Source: Deltaproteobacteria bacterium (GTDB lineage: Bacteria; SAR324; NAC60-12). From it: a DNA stretch of 64,000 nucleotides. Both the position numbers and the translations under genes were made by a program. The DNA is taken from positions 21,445-85,444 of the forward strand of contig JAYOTF010000010.1 of the NCBI GenBank assembly GCA_038150265.1, written 5' to 3'. Positions 61,126 to 64,000 of this stretch are shown piece by piece; the first letter of the stretch is position 1, and the number at the start of each line of letters is the position of its first letter. The notes beneath the pieces are model-generated. The model saw only the letters and a program-made list of their open reading frames with translations, made no database searches and was not told where the DNA came from.

Positions 61126-61305
61126 TTCAGCTTTTCAGTGCCTTCAAGTGTGAGCGAGCAGTGGCGCCGGCAGAAAATGCCTCTCATTAGGTACCAGATC
61201 ATGTGAAAAAACGGAACAGGATTCCCTGTACGGAGGCCGAAAGGCGGCGGAATCTTCCTGAACAGGCGGCCTTGGGGTCCAAGTAGAAGGCACGCACCAG
61301 AATTG

Positions 61306-61321
61306 CGCAAGTTTTACGCCA
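61306..61321 (-). promoter_or_regulatory. Putative sigma54 promoter upstream of the 430-aa ORF
   Basis: Minus-strand TGGCGTAAAACTTGCG gives GG-N10-GC. Confidence 0.45.
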
Positions 61322-61322
61322 T

Positions 61323-61904
61323 TCACCCTTCCGGAGGCGGGGCAGCGGTGGGGTTCGGATCGGGAGCCCAGTCTTCCCGCTGCTGATCCATCCACTCTCC
61401 AACAAAGAGCTGCTGGGCTTCCGGCATGGCGTAACGCGAATCCAGAATGAACCGATCCAGAAAGGGAACCACCTGAAGCAGGAAGTGATCGCGCCAGCGT
61501 TCCGCTGCAGCCAAGCGGGCGTCATAGCGGAGCGCTCCCACACCAAGCTGACGATTGAACGAGAAGTGCGCCATCTGGTACCCCGGCGCAATCACGGTCA
61601 GCTGCAGCTGAGACGCCCGGAGGTCAAAGCCGGTCTGAAAGAAGCCGTCCGCATCAGGAAAGACCAGGCGGGCTTGAGGAATGAAGCGAGCGGGCTCGCC
61701 GTCAAACTGGATCGGGGAGCGGTGGAACTCCTGAACCACCACAAAGCTGGCATGCACCAGGGGCTCGCCCTGTGCCTCTGCAATCGTTCCCGAAACCGTC
61801 TCCGTCGTCCAGCCCGGCGCCACCTGAACCGACGGCGAGAAGCAGCCGCTCAGCAGCAGAAACAGGACCAGCAGGAGCGTTCCGGCGCAAGGATGTCTTG
61901 TCAT
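61323..61904 (-). CDS. Hypothetical lipoprotein
   Basis: Lipobox LSGC; beta-sandwich-like body (TVSGTI...DADGFF...VIAPGY). Confidence 0.7.
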   Translation of the reverse strand: MTRHPCAGTLLLVLFLLLSGCFSPSVQVAPGWTTETVSGTIAEAQGEPLVHASFVVVQEFHRSPIQFDGEPARFIPQARLVFPDADGFFQTGFDLRASQLQLTVIAPGYQMAHFSFNRQLGVGALRYDARLAAAERWRDHFLLQVVPFLDRFILDSRYAMPEAQQLFVGEWMDQQREDWAPDPNPTAAPPPEG

Positions 61905-61979
61905 CAACCAGAGATCGTGCTAATTGTTGGTCCTTTATTTTGAGCTGATGTTTCAAAATCGCAACCTGAACGAGCCCCC

Positions 61980-62129
61980 ATGATCCCGGAAGAAGTCTTT
62001 TACCTGTTCATTTTCCCCTGGCTGCTGCTGATCGCCTCCATCCCAGGAAGCGTGATCTCCTACCTTGTGGCCGGGATTGTGGCCCAGCTGCTCAACTACC
62101 TGCCTGAAAAGAAGGCTCCTGAAGCCTGA
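61980..62129 (+). CDS. Small membrane protein, 49 aa (not in the ORF track)
   Basis: Manual translation MIPEEVFYLFIFPWLLLIASIPGSVISYLVAGIVAQLLNYLPEKKAPEA*. Confidence 0.6.
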   Translation: MIPEEVFYLFIFPWLLLIASIPGSVISYLVAGIVAQLLNYLPEKKAPEA

Positions 62130-62161
62130 TTGCGCTGCATCCTGTTGACTCGGGAGGACTC

Positions 62162-62560
62162 GTGAACCGTTATCAACTCATGATCAACGAGTTCCTCCAC
62201 AACAGTGGCTATGTGGAAAAGGGACGCGTCGGGGAGCAGGAGTGGTGGCTGGTCAATGGCTCCATCAAGGTTCAGATCTTCCTGCACCCTCGCAAGGGAG
62301 ACACCGACCTGATTGTTGCCGCCAACCTTCTCCGTTACGCCCGTTCCTTCCCCGAATTTGAAAACTACCTCCTCAAACTCAACGGCAGCTTCCGCCTCCG
62401 GGGGGTCTCCCTGGGATTCCGGAACCATCACCTTGTCGCCAGCTACATCCGGCCGGTAGAGGGATTGGACCCGGAAGAGCTGGAGTGGATCATCACCAGC
62501 GTGGCATTGGTGGCCGATGAGTTGGATGACTTCCTGGTCAACCGCTTTCAACTCGAGTAA
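62162..62560 (+). CDS. YbjN/CesT-like chaperone-fold protein
   Basis: GGAGG RBS; W.LVNGS..V.I, YLLKLN, LDPEEL...I..VALVADELDD. Confidence 0.7.
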   Translation: MNRYQLMINEFLHNSGYVEKGRVGEQEWWLVNGSIKVQIFLHPRKGDTDLIVAANLLRYARSFPEFENYLLKLNGSFRLRGVSLGFRNHHLVASYIRPVEGLDPEELEWIITSVALVADELDDFLVNRFQLE

Positions 62561-63495
62561 TGTCTCATCCTGCACCCCCTTCCTTTCCCGCTCAAGTGAT
62601 TCAGGGGAGCCTGATCACCTTCCTCATTGTCCTGAACACGCTCTGGTGGGGAGGCCTGATCCTGCTGTTTTCGCCCCTGAAGCTGTACCGGAATGACGCC
62701 TGGCGACACCGCCTGGCTGGGATGTACAGCTCGTGGGCACACAACTGGAGTTGGGACAACAGCTTCCTGCTGCGCAAGGCCCGCTTTCCGGAAGTCACCG
62801 TCGATGCGCCCGAAGGCCTCAGCAAGGAACGCTCGTACCTGGTCATGAGCAACCACATCTCCATGGCGGACATTCCGGTGGTCGAGTATGCCTGCATCAA
62901 CCGCATTCCCTTCCGGAAGATCTTCATCAAGCATGAGCTGATCTGGCTCCCGATTGTCGGAGCGGTTTGCTGGGTGCTCGATTTTCCGTTCATGAAGCGC
63001 TACTCCAAGGAGCAGCTCCGGAAGAACCCGTCTCTGCAAGGCAAGGATCTGGAGACGACCCGGAAGAGCTGTGAGAAGCTGAAGGGCTACCCCAGTGCCA
63101 TCTTGAGTTATGTGGAGGGAACGCGCTTCAGCGAACAGAAGCGGGAGAAGACCCACTCGCCGTATCAGCACCTCCTGAAGCCCAAGGTCGGAGGCGTCCT
63201 GACCGTGCTGGATTCCCTGGGGGATCACCTGGACGGAGTGCTGGACCTGACGCTGGTGTATCCAGACAACCCCACTCCGCCGACCTTCTGGCAGTTGGTC
63301 AGTGGGCAGGTACCTCGGGTCGTCGTCCGCATGCGCCTGTTGCCGGTTCCCTTTCAGCAAGACGGCGAGCAGGAGCTGACCGACACCGAGCGCGTGCGCC
63401 ACATCCGGAACTGGATCGTCGGCATCTGGCGGGAAAAGGACGCCTTCATCACCAGCCAGATTACGCCTTCGCCAGAAGCGCTGGAGACCTCATGA
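62560..63495 (+). CDS. Acyltransferase, PlsC/YihG-like
   Basis: SNHISMADI, FIKHELIWLP, DFPFMKRYS, EGTRF, LLKPKVGG. Confidence 0.9.
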   Translation: MSHPAPPSFPAQVIQGSLITFLIVLNTLWWGGLILLFSPLKLYRNDAWRHRLAGMYSSWAHNWSWDNSFLLRKARFPEVTVDAPEGLSKERSYLVMSNHISMADIPVVEYACINRIPFRKIFIKHELIWLPIVGAVCWVLDFPFMKRYSKEQLRKNPSLQGKDLETTRKSCEKLKGYPSAILSYVEGTRFSEQKREKTHSPYQHLLKPKVGGVLTVLDSLGDHLDGVLDLTLVYPDNPTPPTFWQLVSGQVPRVVVRMRLLPVPFQQDGEQELTDTERVRHIRNWIVGIWREKDAFITSQITPSPEALETS

Positions 63496-63971
63496 TCTTC
63501 TTCCAGCCCTATGACTCTCCACTCGGACGGATGATCCTCCAAGAAGAGGATGGGTTTTTGGTACGGATCGACTTCGACAGCGACGCGCTTCAGACTCCGG
63601 AAGGCGCTGCGAGGCAAGAGTCCCTGGTGCTACGAGAAGCCATCCGCCAGCTCACCGCTTACTTCAACGGCACCCGCACCCGCTTCCAGCTTCCCCTCAA
63701 TCCGCAGGGAACGCCTTTTCAGCAACGGGCCTGGAAGGCGCTTCAGGAGATCCCATACGGAGAAACACGCAGTTACGAGCAGCAGGCCATCCGGGTGGGC
63801 GGAAAGAACTACACCCGAGCCGTCGGCGGTGCCAATCACCGCAATCCCCTCTCCATTGTCATCCCCTGCCACCGGGTGATTGGAAAAAATGGCCAGCTCA
63901 CGGGCTTCGGAGGCGGCCTCGACCGCAAGCAGGCCCTCCTGAACCTTGAACAGACCGGGACTCTGAGCTAG
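63492..63971 (+). CDS. ogt: Methylated-DNA-protein-cysteine methyltransferase
   Basis: GTPFQ, IPYGET.SY, RAVGGAN, IPCHRV. Confidence 0.95.
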   Translation: MIFFQPYDSPLGRMILQEEDGFLVRIDFDSDALQTPEGAARQESLVLREAIRQLTAYFNGTRTRFQLPLNPQGTPFQQRAWKALQEIPYGETRSYEQQAIRVGGKNYTRAVGGANHRNPLSIVIPCHRVIGKNGQLTGFGGGLDRKQALLNLEQTGTLS

Positions 63972-64000
63972 CACTTCCCCTCTTTACCCACCTCTCTGAG

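Overview
A 64 kb, GC-rich (about 60% by eye), gene-dense stretch of bacterial core chromosome. The gene styles suggest a flagellated deltaproteobacterial or SAR324-like organism, but that is inference only. I saw no rRNA, tRNA, CRISPR array, integrase or transposase. About 58 CDSs are supported. Housekeeping genes include gcvT-gcvH, moaE, aspS, serS, gatA, ftsL-ftsI, miaA, plsY, ogt and an RhlE-type helicase. Other loci include flgB-flgC-(FliE-like)-fliE, an aapJQMP ABC transporter, a fused 5-oxoprolinase, a PrkA-like ATPase, a MoxR ATPase, menE with an extra domain, a PilJ-domain sensor plus MCP pair, and a five-gene aromatic catabolic cluster. The strongest signal not explained by genes is a window-wide excess of the palindrome TCCGGA. 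Hand counts give about 3-8 per kb against about 0.3 per kb expected, in all three codon phases, resembling cyanobacterial HIP1. Other leads are a divergent FliE paralog, a stand-alone tandem nitrate-sensor-like protein, a SutA-like small protein, an HNH nuclease with a clamp-binding-like motif, and a candidate sigma54-driven 430-aa unknown. All family calls come from motif recognition by eye, not database searches.
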